From: Acidobacteriota bacterium
GTDB lineage: Bacteria; Acidobacteriota; Terriglobia; Terriglobales; SCQP01
NCBI GenBank assembly: GCA_027451805.1
Contig: DAIDIF010000023.1
Location: 268-64,267, forward strand
Length of the DNA: 64,000 nucleotides
Direction: 5' to 3'
The notes beneath the pieces were generated by a model. The model did not search any database and was not told the DNA's origin. It saw nothing but the letters and a program-made list of their open reading frames with translations. The translations under genes were made by a program, and so were the position numbers. Positions within the stretch are counted from its first letter, which is position 1; each line of letters starts with the position of its first letter. Below, in pieces: positions 40,016 to 49,430 of this stretch.

Positions 40016-40660
40016 ATGGCGCGCGCGGAAGACGTGCTGGCGGTGGAGGCGGCGGAGCTGTTCCGGCCGGGGCGGTTCCAGGGGCTGCAATTGGGCGGGG
40101 AGGCGTGGCTGGCGATCATCTTCGAGCCGCGGCACGGCCGGTTTCTGCCCCGGGCGGCAGCGGAGACCGACACCGCCTGGAAGCAGGTGATCCCCTACGT
40201 GATCCTGGCGTGCGGCGAGCGGGTATTCTGCTACCGGCGCGGCCAGGCGAGCGGCGAAGCGCGACTGCGGGCGCTGCATTCGGTGGGCCTGGGCGGGCAC
40301 ATCGCGCGCGGCGACGAGGGGCTGTTCGCGGCGCCGGGCTGGCCCAGCTACCAGGCGGCGCTGGCGCGCGAGCTGGACGAGGAAGTGACGATCGGCGCGG
40401 CGGTGCGGGAGCGCAAGCTGGCGGGCCTGATCAACGACGACGGCACGGCGGTGGGCCGGGTGCATATCGGGCTGGTGCACGTCTGGCGGCTGGCGGCGGA
40501 AGCGGTGCGGGCGCGGGAGGCGAAGATCGCCGCCGGGCGGTTCGCCACGCCGCGCGAGTTGCTGGCCGCGGGCGCGGCGGAGCTGGAAAGCTGGTCGCGC
40601 TTCTGCCTGGAGCGCTGGGACGAGCTGGCCGCGCAGCCGGGCTGGACGCCGGCCGACTGA
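40016..40660 (+). CDS. Nudix-like hydrolase / phosphoesterase
   Basis: KQVIPYVILACGERVFCYRRG..SVGLGGHI..ALARELDEEV resembles a Nudix box (G-x5-E-x7-REUxEE). Divergent from the kinase-deaminase gene across a 48-bp intergenic region. Confidence 0.6.
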   Translation: MARAEDVLAVEAAELFRPGRFQGLQLGGEAWLAIIFEPRHGRFLPRAAAETDTAWKQVIPYVILACGERVFCYRRGQASGEARLRALHSVGLGGHIARGDEGLFAAPGWPSYQAALARELDEEVTIGAAVRERKLAGLINDDGTAVGRVHIGLVHVWRLAAEAVRAREAKIAAGRFATPRELLAAGAAELESWSRFCLERWDELAAQPGWTPAD

Positions 40661-41086
40661 TTACTCAGCCGCCGGGCGCAGCGGCAGGCGCATGTAGGTG
40701 ACCTGGGCGACCGCCACCAGGGCGCCCGCGGCGTCGCGCAGATCCACCGCCACCGGGCACAAAGTGCGGCCGATCTTGATGACGCGCGCCTCGGCGGTGG
40801 CGTCGGAGCGGCAGGCGGCGAGGAAGCGGATGTTCATGTCGGTGGTGGTGATCACCGCGTCGGCGCCGATGCGGGTGAGGATGGCCACGCAGGCGCAGGT
40901 ATCGGCGAGGGTCATGAGCAGGCCGCCGTGGAAGGACTCGAAGATGCCGTCGTAGCCGCGGACGTAGGGCGCGGTGAGCGAGGCGGCCCCGTCGGCGGCG
41001 GCCTCGAGACGCAGGTGCAGGGTGCGGAAGATGGGGATGGCGGCGAGGCGGGCGCGCAGCGCGGCGGCGGGATCGGGGGCAGACAT
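40661..41086 (-). CDS. PaaI/hotdog-fold thioesterase
   Basis: 141 aa with ..FHGGLLMTLADTCACVAI.. typical of the PaaI family. Confidence 0.75.
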   Translation of the reverse strand: MSAPDPAAALRARLAAIPIFRTLHLRLEAAADGAASLTAPYVRGYDGIFESFHGGLLMTLADTCACVAILTRIGADAVITTTDMNIRFLAACRSDATAEARVIKIGRTLCPVAVDLRDAAGALVAVAQVTYMRLPLRPAAE

Positions 41087-41107
41087 GGGGATTATGCTAC
41101 CAGCCGC

Positions 41108-42529
41108 TCAATGGGCGGAGAAGCCGCACAACTGCCAGCCCGAGCTGGGCACCGGCAGGCCCAGGCGGATGGCGCGCCAGTTGCCCGGCGGTAGCGGCAG
41201 CGCCAGCCGGCGGGCGGCGGGCGGGTCGGCGAGCGGGGTCCAGTGCGCGCCATCGGGCGAGGCGGCGAGGGTGAACGCCACCGGGCGGCCGTCGGCGCCG
41301 GGACCAAACGCCAGGTGGAGCGAGCGCACCGGCTGCGCGCGGCGCAGATCGAGCCGCAGGCGGGCGCCGCCGCGCATCAGGACGGGCGCGCGCCAGCAGG
41401 TGCCGGCGGCCAGCGGCACCAGCTCGGCGGCCGGCTCGACGGCGGCGGGCGGAGAGCGGAAAAACACCGCCTGATCGGCGCCGGGATCGTGCGCCGGCAG
41501 CGCCGCCAGACGCCGGGCGGTGGCGCTCGCGAACCGGTCGGTGGAAAGCTGGTAATGCTTGCGCAGCGCCGCCGCCTTGATCAGATTCATCAGCACCAGG
41601 CGGGCGCGGACATCCTGAAAGTGCTGCAGCAGGGGCAGCGTGGAGACGGTAATCCAGCCGTGGCCATAGCGCAGGCTGAAGACCGCGCGGCATGCGCCGG
41701 CATCCGCCAGGCGGGTACCGTTCCAGGCGTACACGCGGGGCGCGGCGGGCGCCAGCGCAAACGCCAGCGACGGGCCCAGCAGGGCCCGCAGCGCGGCGCC
41801 GGGGTGCACCCCGGCGTAGAGCGGCGGGTCGTCGGCAGGCGCCGGCGGGCAGGCGCCGGGTGCGGGCACGAGCGGACCGATCGCCGGCCAATAGGCGGCG
41901 ACGCCCGGCGGAGGCGGCTCCAGCGCCAGCGCCTGCGCGCCGAACGCCACCTGCTTCCAGATCCAGCGGTACTGCATCGCCAGCGCCCTCCCATCGAGGC
42001 GCGCATCGCCGATGAGGATCAGGCCGGGCGGCGAAGGCGGGGCGACGCCGTGCAGTTGGGTGACGGCAAAGCCATGCTGGCGCAGGTAATCGGCCGCACC
42101 CGGTGGCAGGCCCACACTGGCCAGCGCCAGCACGCCGCCGTAGCCGCCCTCCGGCTCGGGCAGGGCGTGAAGCGGAATGGATTGGGTGATCTTGCCGGAA
42201 CGGGCGCGTAGCACGAAGGCGCCGGGGCGGGGCAGCGCCAGCGGAGCGGCGACCGCCGGGGCCGACGGAGCCAGCGCGAGCCGCTGGGTGGCGAGAACCC
42301 GGCCGCCTGCGCTGAGGAGCGTGAGGGTGACGGCGGCCGGCAGCGTGGCGGCCGCGCCCGCCAAACTCACCAGGCGCGGCTCAAATTGCTGGCCGACGCT
42401 AAGATAGCTGGCAGGCACCTGAAGCTGAAATCCGCCGGGGCCGGCAACGCCGACGGTGGTGATCGCCATCCAGGCGCCGAGCAGGGCGACCGCCGTGCCA
42501 CACAGCACCCCGTGCAAGGGAAAACGCAT
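41108..42529 (-). CDS. Secreted hypothetical protein, C-terminal discoidin (F5/8 type C)-like region
   Basis: Signal peptide MRFPLHGVLCGTAVALLGAWMA. C-terminus ..FTLAASPDGAHWTPLAD..WRAIRL.. resembles carbohydrate-binding discoidin domains. Weak call. Confidence 0.45.
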   Translation of the reverse strand: MRFPLHGVLCGTAVALLGAWMAITTVGVAGPGGFQLQVPASYLSVGQQFEPRLVSLAGAAATLPAAVTLTLLSAGGRVLATQRLALAPSAPAVAAPLALPRPGAFVLRARSGKITQSIPLHALPEPEGGYGGVLALASVGLPPGAADYLRQHGFAVTQLHGVAPPSPPGLILIGDARLDGRALAMQYRWIWKQVAFGAQALALEPPPPGVAAYWPAIGPLVPAPGACPPAPADDPPLYAGVHPGAALRALLGPSLAFALAPAAPRVYAWNGTRLADAGACRAVFSLRYGHGWITVSTLPLLQHFQDVRARLVLMNLIKAAALRKHYQLSTDRFASATARRLAALPAHDPGADQAVFFRSPPAAVEPAAELVPLAAGTCWRAPVLMRGGARLRLDLRRAQPVRSLHLAFGPGADGRPVAFTLAASPDGAHWTPLADPPAARRLALPLPPGNWRAIRLGLPVPSSGWQLCGFSAH

Positions 42530-43640
42530 GATCAGGCTTCAGTATTTCACACTGGTGGCGTGGGCACTGGCCGCCGGGGCGAGCCTGGCGGCGCAGGCAG
42601 GCGGCGCGGTCCCCGCCTTTCGTGCGGCCGAGCGCGGCGGCCGTGCGGTGCTGACGGCGCCGGGCGGAGGCACGCTCTGGGTGCGCGCGCTCAACCACGT
42701 TCATCTGATTGCCGCCAGCGCGCCGCGCACCGATCTGGCGCCGGCGTATGTGGACCAACGCAGCGCGGCGATCCTGGCGGGCATGCAGCGCGACGGGTTC
42801 AACGCCCTGGGCGGCGATGCCGACGCCGAGCTGTGGCATCGCGGCCTGCCCTATCTCGAGTCGCTGCACCTCAGCGATCTGCTCGCCAGCCGCCAGGCCG
42901 AGCCCCTGGTGGATGTCTATGCCCCGGGTTTTGCCGCGCAGGTGGAGCAGTTGGCGATGGATGCGTGCGCGCCGCGCGCCAAGGATCCCGACCTGATCGG
43001 CTACTTCAGAGACGACGCCCTGCCCTGGGATCCAACCACGCACGCGGGCGCGGTGCTGGGGTTTTACTTGAGCCTGCGGCCGGGGGCGCCGGGGCGGCAG
43101 CGGGCGGTGGAGTATCTGCAAGACCTCTACGGCGGCGACATCCAGCGGCTGGACCGGCGCTGGGGGCTGAAGGCGAAGCTGTTTGTCGACGTCCAGGCGC
43201 CGCCGCACCCATCCGCGGCGGCGCAGCACGCGGTGGATGCGGATGCGGCGCGTTTTGCCGACGACGTGCTGGCGCGCTACCTGCAGACCGCGGCGGACGC
43301 CATCCACGCGGCCGACCCGAACCACTTGTTTCTGGGCGCGAATCTGGAGTTCAACCCGGCACGGCCGCCGGCGCCGGGCTCGGCCGCGGCCGCGGCCTGG
43401 ATGATCGCGGACGTGAATTCGGTGCTGATCCGGAAGGGGCAGGACGCGGCGGCGGTGCTGGCGGCGCTGGGCCGGATCACGCCGCGGCCCGTGCTGGCGC
43501 AGTGGACCGGATGCGGGGCGGTGCCGGCGGCGGCGGCGCGGGCATGGCCGCGGCTGCTCGGCTTTCTCTGGTCGCCAACGAGCGATTGGGAGCGCGGGCG
43601 CTGCGCCACGGCCGCGGCGGCGTGGGGACGGATACGCTGA
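42528..43640 (+). CDS. Secreted hypothetical protein, possibly TIM-barrel glycoside-hydrolase-like
   Basis: Trimmed to MIRLQYFTLVAWALAAGASLAAQAGG (ATG 42528). Segments such as DGFNALGG and DPNHLFLG recall glycosidases. The assignment is weak. Confidence 0.4.
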   Translation: MIRLQYFTLVAWALAAGASLAAQAGGAVPAFRAAERGGRAVLTAPGGGTLWVRALNHVHLIAASAPRTDLAPAYVDQRSAAILAGMQRDGFNALGGDADAELWHRGLPYLESLHLSDLLASRQAEPLVDVYAPGFAAQVEQLAMDACAPRAKDPDLIGYFRDDALPWDPTTHAGAVLGFYLSLRPGAPGRQRAVEYLQDLYGGDIQRLDRRWGLKAKLFVDVQAPPHPSAAAQHAVDADAARFADDVLARYLQTAADAIHAADPNHLFLGANLEFNPARPPAPGSAAAAAWMIADVNSVLIRKGQDAAAVLAALGRITPRPVLAQWTGCGAVPAAAARAWPRLLGFLWSPTSDWERGRCATAAAAWGRIR

Positions 43641-43691
43641 CGCGGCGGTCCGGCTCGGGGCAGTGGTTCGGCCGCGTTCTGGCTCGGAACC

Positions 43692-44105
43692 CTAGCGCAG
43701 GAACAGGCTGTAGGTCAGCACGGTGAGGACGAAGGCGGTGAACAGGGAGTACTTCCAGTTGCGAAGAAACCCGATGAAATACACCATCGAGGCCGCCACG
43801 CGGACCAGGGGAGTCAGCAGCAGGGTGATGATGCCCAAATTGATCAGCAGGCGGGGACCGAAGGCGCCGTGCAAAGTCAAGCGCAACTCCGCGACCACAA
43901 AATCAAACAGATTCATGTTGGTGATGCGGTAGTCGAGCGCCAGTTGGCCGGTGCGAATCCGTTCCCAAACCAGCCCGGCGGCGACCAGCACCATGCTGAG
44001 CAGCACCCCCACCTGCAGGATGTAGCCCACAAGTTCATCCATCTCCAGTTCGGCCTTCGTTTCCGGAGCCACGCCACCTCCGCCGCTCGATCCGTTTGCG
44101 CCCAT
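43692..44105 (-). CDS. DUF1634 membrane protein (usual partner of TauE/SafE exporters)
   Basis: 137 aa with 3-4 TM helices. Its stop lies directly downstream of the TauE-like gene (2-nt gap). Confidence 0.65.
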   Translation of the reverse strand: MGANGSSGGGGVAPETKAELEMDELVGYILQVGVLLSMVLVAAGLVWERIRTGQLALDYRITNMNLFDFVVAELRLTLHGAFGPRLLINLGIITLLLTPLVRVAASMVYFIGFLRNWKYSLFTAFVLTVLTYSLFLR

Positions 44106-44106
44106 T

Positions 44107-44934
44107 TTAGATACCCCTCAATCCCCGGAACAGCATTTCGACCGCCAGCACCAGCAAGACGACCAGGAAGAACCGGCGGATGGCCTGATTGGTCAACCGG
44201 ACCAGCAGCCGGGTGCCGAGAAACGCGCCGGCCACGACCCCGAGCACGACCGGGGCGACCAACCCCGGATTGATCAAGCCCGCCATCAGATACACGCTGG
44301 TTCCCGCCAAGGCGGTCACCCCGATGATCAAGTTGCTGGTGGTGGTGGAAACCTTGGGAGGGAGCCCCATGATCAGATCGTGGATCAGGACTTTGACCGC
44401 GCCCGCGCCGATGCCGAGCAGGCCGGCGATCATCCCCGCCCCGAACATCGCCGGGGCGCCGAAGTAAGCGCGCCGGGCCTTGTACTCGATCACCGTCCCC
44501 GTGGCCTTGTCTGGATAGCTGCCTTCCAGCTCCAGCCATCGCGTGAAGGCGTCCTGCCGGCCCTCATGCCAGGTGACGTGACCGGCGAACAGCAGCGCAA
44601 TCCACGAGCCCAGCAGCACCGCCCCGAAAGCGATATAGAGCGGTTTGGTCGAGGAAACGATGGTGATGCTCGCCCCCGCAATCGCGCCGACGATGGTGAA
44701 CATCTCGAGGAACATCCCGACCTTGAGGTTGGTGATGTGGTCGCGCGCGTAGGCGGAAGCCGAGCCGCTTGAGGTCGCGATGATGGAAACGATGCTGACC
44801 GCGATGGCGTGCTTGATGTCCACGCCCAGCAGGGTCAGGGCGGGGATGAGCACCACGCCGCCGCCCATGCCGCTCATGGCGCCGACAAAACCGGCGGCGA
44901 TGGAAACGAGTAAAAGCAGTTCAAAGGAGACCAT
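44107..44934 (-). CDS. TauE/SafE family sulfite/anion exporter
   Basis: Trimmed to MVSFELLLLVSIAAGFVGAMSGMGGGVVLIPAL (ATG 44932-44934). Has the duplicated 4-TM architecture typical of the family. Confidence 0.8.
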   Translation of the reverse strand: MVSFELLLLVSIAAGFVGAMSGMGGGVVLIPALTLLGVDIKHAIAVSIVSIIATSSGSASAYARDHITNLKVGMFLEMFTIVGAIAGASITIVSSTKPLYIAFGAVLLGSWIALLFAGHVTWHEGRQDAFTRWLELEGSYPDKATGTVIEYKARRAYFGAPAMFGAGMIAGLLGIGAGAVKVLIHDLIMGLPPKVSTTTSNLIIGVTALAGTSVYLMAGLINPGLVAPVVLGVVAGAFLGTRLLVRLTNQAIRRFFLVVLLVLAVEMLFRGLRGI

Positions 44935-44951
44935 GGAAGTTCCGCGAAGGG

Positions 44952-46346
44952 TTACAGCGTTTGCTCCATCAGAGCCGCCTCCCGTTCGCCCAGGAGGGCG
45001 TTCAAGGCGGGGGCGGTCATGAGCGTAGTGGCCACCGCCATGATCACCAACATCGTGAACAGCGTAGGCGTCAGCACGCCCAGGTCGAGGCCGAGGTTGA
45101 GGACAATGAGCTCCACCAGGCCGCGCGCATTCATGAGCGCGCCCAGGGACAGGGCCTGGCGCCAACGCAAGCCGGTGAGGCGGGCCGCCGCCGCGCCGCT
45201 CAGGAACTTGCTCAGCGAGGCGACCAGGATGATGACCAGGCACACGCCCCAGTCGCTCCAGCGATGGATCAAGCCGATCTGGGTGCGGAGGCCGGTGAAG
45301 ACGAAAAAGGCAGGCAGGAAGAGCACCACGACCAGGTCTTCCAGCCGTTGCACCAGGTCGCGCGCCAACAGCGAGTCATGGGGAACGATCACGCCGACCA
45401 GAAAAGCGCCAAACAGGGCTTGGATCCCGATGCCCTCGGTGACCACGGAGGCCAGCAGCAGCGCGGCGCAAGCCACCAGCATGGCATCCTGGCCGCCGCC
45501 TCCGCGGCGGGAGTAGCGCCCGGCATACCAGCGCGCGACGGGGCTAAGGATGAGGAAGACGGCGGCGATGAAGACGGCGGTGAGCAGCAGGGTCATCAGC
45601 ACGCGCGCCGGCTGCGCGTGGGCGACGCTGACCACAAACGCGAGCAGGCACCAGGCGGTGACATCATCCACGGCAGCGCAGGCCAAGGCGACGGCGCCGA
45701 GGCGGCTGGTGTGCATGCCGCGATCGCTGAGAATGCGGGCGAGCACCGGAAAGGCGGTGATGGACATGGCGACGCCCAGGAGCAGGGCGAACACCGTGAA
45801 CGGGACCGCGCTGGTGGAATACAGCGGATACAGCCAGAGGGCGAGCGCGCTGCCCAGCAGGAACGGGCCCAGGATGCTGGCGTGGGAAATGGCAATCGAG
45901 GTGTGCGCGCGATTGCGGAGCAGACCGGTGTCCAGCTCCACGCCCATGAGGAACATATAGAGGATCACCCCGACTTGCGCCAGCACCGAGATGTAGGGCG
46001 CCACCGGCGCGGGCAAGACGAAGGCGAACGCGGCCGGGGCGAACCGCCCCAGCAGCGACGGGCCGAGCAAGATGCCGGCGATCATCTCGCCAACCACCGG
46101 CGGCTGATGCAGCAGGCGGAACAGTGCGCCGACGGAATGGGCGGCGATCAGGATCACCAGCAAGGCGAGCAGGACATGGGCGAGCGTACCCGGGGCGGCG
46201 GTGGCGGCAGAGGAAGAGGGGGCGCCCGCGGCCGGGGCGGCGAGATGGAGGCCGATCAGGCGGATCACGGCGAACAGGCTCCCTGCGCCCGCCAGCATCA
46301 AGCCATAACCGAGAATTGTCCTCCTTCTTGTCGGCGGGAGCAGCAT
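44952..46346 (-). CDS. Cation:proton antiporter (CPA2/Kef-type membrane domain)
   Basis: 464-aa polytopic protein with ..PPVVGEMIAGILLGPS.. and ..FLMGVELD.. motifs. Confidence 0.8.
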   Translation of the reverse strand: MLLPPTRRRTILGYGLMLAGAGSLFAVIRLIGLHLAAPAAGAPSSSAATAAPGTLAHVLLALLVILIAAHSVGALFRLLHQPPVVGEMIAGILLGPSLLGRFAPAAFAFVLPAPVAPYISVLAQVGVILYMFLMGVELDTGLLRNRAHTSIAISHASILGPFLLGSALALWLYPLYSTSAVPFTVFALLLGVAMSITAFPVLARILSDRGMHTSRLGAVALACAAVDDVTAWCLLAFVVSVAHAQPARVLMTLLLTAVFIAAVFLILSPVARWYAGRYSRRGGGGQDAMLVACAALLLASVVTEGIGIQALFGAFLVGVIVPHDSLLARDLVQRLEDLVVVLFLPAFFVFTGLRTQIGLIHRWSDWGVCLVIILVASLSKFLSGAAAARLTGLRWRQALSLGALMNARGLVELIVLNLGLDLGVLTPTLFTMLVIMAVATTLMTAPALNALLGEREAALMEQTL

Positions 46347-46534
46347 GGAGCAGTTGGGGTGAGCGGTTCAGACACACTGCCAACGCGCCGCGCCGCCAAG
46401 GTGTTGATTGTATCAAATCGATGCCGCTTGCCGGACAGCAGCCGACGCAGCAACCCCGCCGCCGATGGGCGTTGCCGGCCACGGCGCGCGGGACGCGCGG
46501 CGCAGTGGCGCTGGCCTGGCCGGGTCGCCGCGGG

Positions 46535-47251
46535 CTAGTGCTTTAAGGCGGCGAGCTGCTGCTGCGCTTCCTGGGCGGTTTGGGTGCTGGGATAGTCCTG
46601 CTGCAACTGCTGGTAGTACTGGACGGCTTCCTTGGGGTTATAGGTGCGGTCGAGATCGGCCAGCTCCATCAGCGCCACGGCGCGGGGCAGGGTGGGGGAG
46701 TTCTGCTGGGTGAGCTTGAGCAGCAGAGCATGAGCGGCGGCCAGGTTGCCGTGCTGGATGTCGTAATTGGCCAGCGCGTGCTGGGCGGCGGTGGCCACCA
46801 CCTTGTCGCCCGAGGTGGCCGCGGCCTGCAGCGTGGCAGCCGCCTGCGGATTATTTTCATCCTGCTGGGCCAAGCCAAGATAGAGGCGCGCCATTTGGCC
46901 GGCGCCAGTGGAGGGATAACCCTGGATCACGGCCTGCAGCTGCTGCCCGGCGGCGGAGGCGCGGTCGGCGGCATTGGCGAAGGTCGGCACGCCGGGAGCG
47001 GGAGGCGTGGCGTTGGGCCCGGTCTGCAGGGGCGCGTGCAGCGTGTTCAGCGCCGCGGTGAGCAGGGCGGAGGCGGCGCGGTTGCGGCTGTTTTGCCAGG
47101 CGATGTAACTGTAGACGGCGCCGGCAATCACCACGACGGCGATGGCCACGGTGATGATGCGCTGGCGGTGCTGGAGAAAGAACTCGTAGGCGGCGTCCAT
47201 CCCGCTGACGAATTCATCGCTCTTCAATTCCTTGCGGCTGATCTGCGCCAA
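46535..47251 (-). CDS. Membrane-anchored tetratricopeptide-repeat protein (YfgM-like)
   Basis: I chose the TTG start at 47249-47251, preceded by GGAGAAGGAG. N-terminus (M)AQISRKELKSDEFVSG.., one TM helix, then TPR-like helices. The 302-aa track version has an Arg/Pro-rich extension. Confidence 0.65.
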   Translation of the reverse strand: MAQISRKELKSDEFVSGMDAAYEFFLQHRQRIITVAIAVVVIAGAVYSYIAWQNSRNRAASALLTAALNTLHAPLQTGPNATPPAPGVPTFANAADRASAAGQQLQAVIQGYPSTGAGQMARLYLGLAQQDENNPQAAATLQAAATSGDKVVATAAQHALANYDIQHGNLAAAHALLLKLTQQNSPTLPRAVALMELADLDRTYNPKEAVQYYQQLQQDYPSTQTAQEAQQQLAALKH

Positions 47252-47486
47252 TGCTGCTCCTTCTCCGGAAGCCGGGGTACGCGCCCAAGTACGCGCCGGC
47301 GGCGCGGAAGTGCGGCGGCGAACGCCACCGCGGGTCCGCCGGCGGAACTGCGGACTGGGGATAATGCTACCACGGGTTGGTGAAGGAGCGGGCCGGGGCC
47401 AGCCGCGAAAACTTGTACCCCGGCCGCGGGCCACAGCATCCAAGCCTCATGCCGCCACGACCGGCAAGGCCCGGAGGCTGGGGCAT

Positions 47487-47514
47487 TTGACAAGTGGCGG
47501 CCCGTGCCGATAAT
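47487..47514 (+). promoter_or_regulatory. Sigma70-type promoter candidate for the dksA-like gene
   Basis: TTGACA (47487-47492), a 16-nt spacer, then GATAAT (47509-47514). The ATG is at 47559, with GGGAG upstream. Confidence 0.5.
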
Positions 47515-47558
47515 GTTAAAGGCTTTCCGGCGGACGTGGACGCAGGGAGTGAACGCTG

Positions 47559-47915
47559 ATGGATCGCAAACGGCTAGAACAGTTTCACAAGAAGCTCCTG
47601 CAGAAACAGCAAGAGCTCATGCAGGCGGTGGCGCGCAACGAACAGGACGGCCGCGCCGCCGACGAAGAGGCGACACAGGATATCGCCGACAAGGCCACCA
47701 ACTCCTATACCAAGGAGTTCCTTTTCCACCAGAGCAACGCCGACCGTAGCCAACTGCAGATGGTGAACGACGCCTTGGCGCGCATCCGGGATGGAACCTT
47801 CGGCGAGTGCACGGCCTGTGGCGAGGAGCTGAATTTGAAACGGCTGGAAGCGGTGCCGTGGGCCAGCATGTGCATCAACTGCCAGGAGAAAGTCGAGCAA
47901 GGCGTGGTCGCCTAG
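47559..47915 (+). CDS. DksA/TraR family C4 zinc-finger protein
   Basis: Coiled-coil N-terminal part and C-x2-C-x17-C-x2-C (CTACGEELNLKRLEAVPWASMCINC). Confidence 0.85.
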   Translation: MDRKRLEQFHKKLLQKQQELMQAVARNEQDGRAADEEATQDIADKATNSYTKEFLFHQSNADRSQLQMVNDALARIRDGTFGECTACGEELNLKRLEAVPWASMCINCQEKVEQGVVA

Positions 47916-48138
47916 GCCGGGAGGCGGCCGGCTGCGCCCGGGCGACGCCGTCACAATGCTATGATCGGGGCAGACATGCACCGCTGGGAGGGATATCTTC
48001 AGCAGTTCGCCCCATGCCAGCCCCGGCAGCCTCGCCACGAGGCCTGAGCAGGATCGGGATCGCGCCCGCCCTGAGATCGGCCGGGCTGCGCGTTTCATCG
48101 CAAATCTAAGCGTTACGGCCGCGGCCGCCGCCGTAAGC

Positions 48139-48846
48139 CTGCTGTTCCCTTCCCCGTGTAGGATTTGCGGGGCCCGGCTGCGGCAGGCAAGCCGGCTCCC
48201 TGTCTGCGCGGACTGCCTGGCGACGGTGGGCGATGCGGTAGCGGGAGTTTGCGCGCGCTGCGGGCAGGTATCCTCGTACGTGGAAGCGACAGGCGGGGAA
48301 TGCCCCAAGTGCCGAGTTGCGCCACCCCCCTACGTCGCGGCCATCAGCGCCGCCGACTACCAGGGCGTGGCGCGGGCATTGATCCTTTTATTGAAGTTCG
48401 GCGGCGTCGTGCCGGTGGCCTCCTTCTGGGCGCAGCGGCTGGCGGAGCGGGCGCCGCAATTGCCGGCCTGGCCCGAGGTGGTGGTGCCCGTTCCGCTGGG
48501 AGCGGCGCGGCGGCGACAGCGCGGTTACAACCAAGGCGGGGAGATCGGCCGGCGGCTGGCGCGACGCCTGGGCTGCGCCTATGCAGCCGACGGACTGCGG
48601 CGGGTGCGGGAAACGGCGCCGCAGTCGGGTCTGACCGCCGCGGAGCGGGAACGCAACGTGGCCGGCGCGTTTGCGGCCGCGGGCAAGCGGGTGCAAGGCA
48701 AGCAGGTGTTGCTGGTGGACGATGTTCTGACCACCGGGGCGACGGCGCGGGCGGCAGCCGCGGCGCTGCGGCGCGCCGGCGCGCGCCAGGTGATGGTGAT
48801 GACCGCCGTGCGGGCAGCGCGCGAACTGTGCGCGGAGGCGGCATGA
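48139..48846 (+). CDS. comF: ComF family phosphoribosyltransferase-domain protein (5' end uncertain)
   Basis: C-terminal PRTase motif [13 protein letters not shown]. The N-terminal zinc-finger motif [15 protein letters not shown] lies upstream of the track start (GTG 48226), in the same open frame. No canonical start precedes it, so the CTG at 48139 is only a placeholder. Confidence 0.7.
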   Translation: MLFPSPCRICGARLRQASRLPVCADCLATVGDAVAGVCARCGQVSSYVEATGGECPKCRVAPPPYVAAISAADYQGVARALILLLKFGGVVPVASFWAQRLAERAPQLPAWPEVVVPVPLGAARRRQRGYNQGGEIGRRLARRLGCAYAADGLRRVRETAPQSGLTAAERERNVAGAFAAAGKRVQGKQVLLVDDVLTTGATARAAAAALRRAGARQVMVMTAVRAARELCAEAA

Positions 48847-49370
48847 GCGCGCAGGCGCCGCTACTGAGCCCGGTGCTGGTGCTGAACGCCAGCTACGAGC
48901 CGATCAACGTGTGCGCCGCGCGGCGCGCGCTGGTGCTGGTGCTGAAGGGGGTGGCGCGGGCGGAAGAGGTGCACAGCCACCACCTGCGCGCCAGCCGCGC
49001 GCACTACCCGGTGCCGTCGGTCATCCGGCTGCTGCATTACCGCCGCATTCCACACCGCACGCGCGCGCTTTCGCGCAAGAACATCCTGTTGCGCGACCGT
49101 AACACCTGCCAGTATTGCGGCACGGTGTGCCCGGCGCAGGCGCTGACGCTCGATCACGTGGTGCCGCGCTCGCGGGGCGGGCGCAGCTCGTGGGAAAACC
49201 TGGTGGCCTGCTGCCGCGCCTGCAACCACCGCAAGAGCGACCGGCTGCTGAGCGAGGCGGAGCTGACGTTGCTGCGCGATCCGCGGCCGTTCAACCTGCA
49301 TACCAGCCGCCACCTGATCCGGATGATGGGCCGCAGCGACGAGAAGTGGCGCAAGTATTTGTTCTTTTAG
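48843..49370 (+). CDS. HNH endonuclease (175 aa)
   Basis: I trimmed the 401-aa track ORF to the ATG at 48843, which overlaps the comF stop as ATGA. Contains [36 protein letters not shown]. Confidence 0.85.
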   Translation: MSAQAPLLSPVLVLNASYEPINVCAARRALVLVLKGVARAEEVHSHHLRASRAHYPVPSVIRLLHYRRIPHRTRALSRKNILLRDRNTCQYCGTVCPAQALTLDHVVPRSRGGRSSWENLVACCRACNHRKSDRLLSEAELTLLRDPRPFNLHTSRHLIRMMGRSDEKWRKYLFF

Positions 49371-49430
49371 CGCGGCGCCGGCCGTGCCGGCGCCAAGGGC
49401 AGCCTGCCCGGCGGCTGCTAGAATCCGGGG

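Noticed and set aside
48165-48842. First 226 aa of the 401-aa ORF 48165..49370
   Set aside because: This part is out of frame within comF and is Gly/Arg/Ala-rich. The HNH endonuclease homology begins at the ATG at 48843, which overlaps the comF stop.
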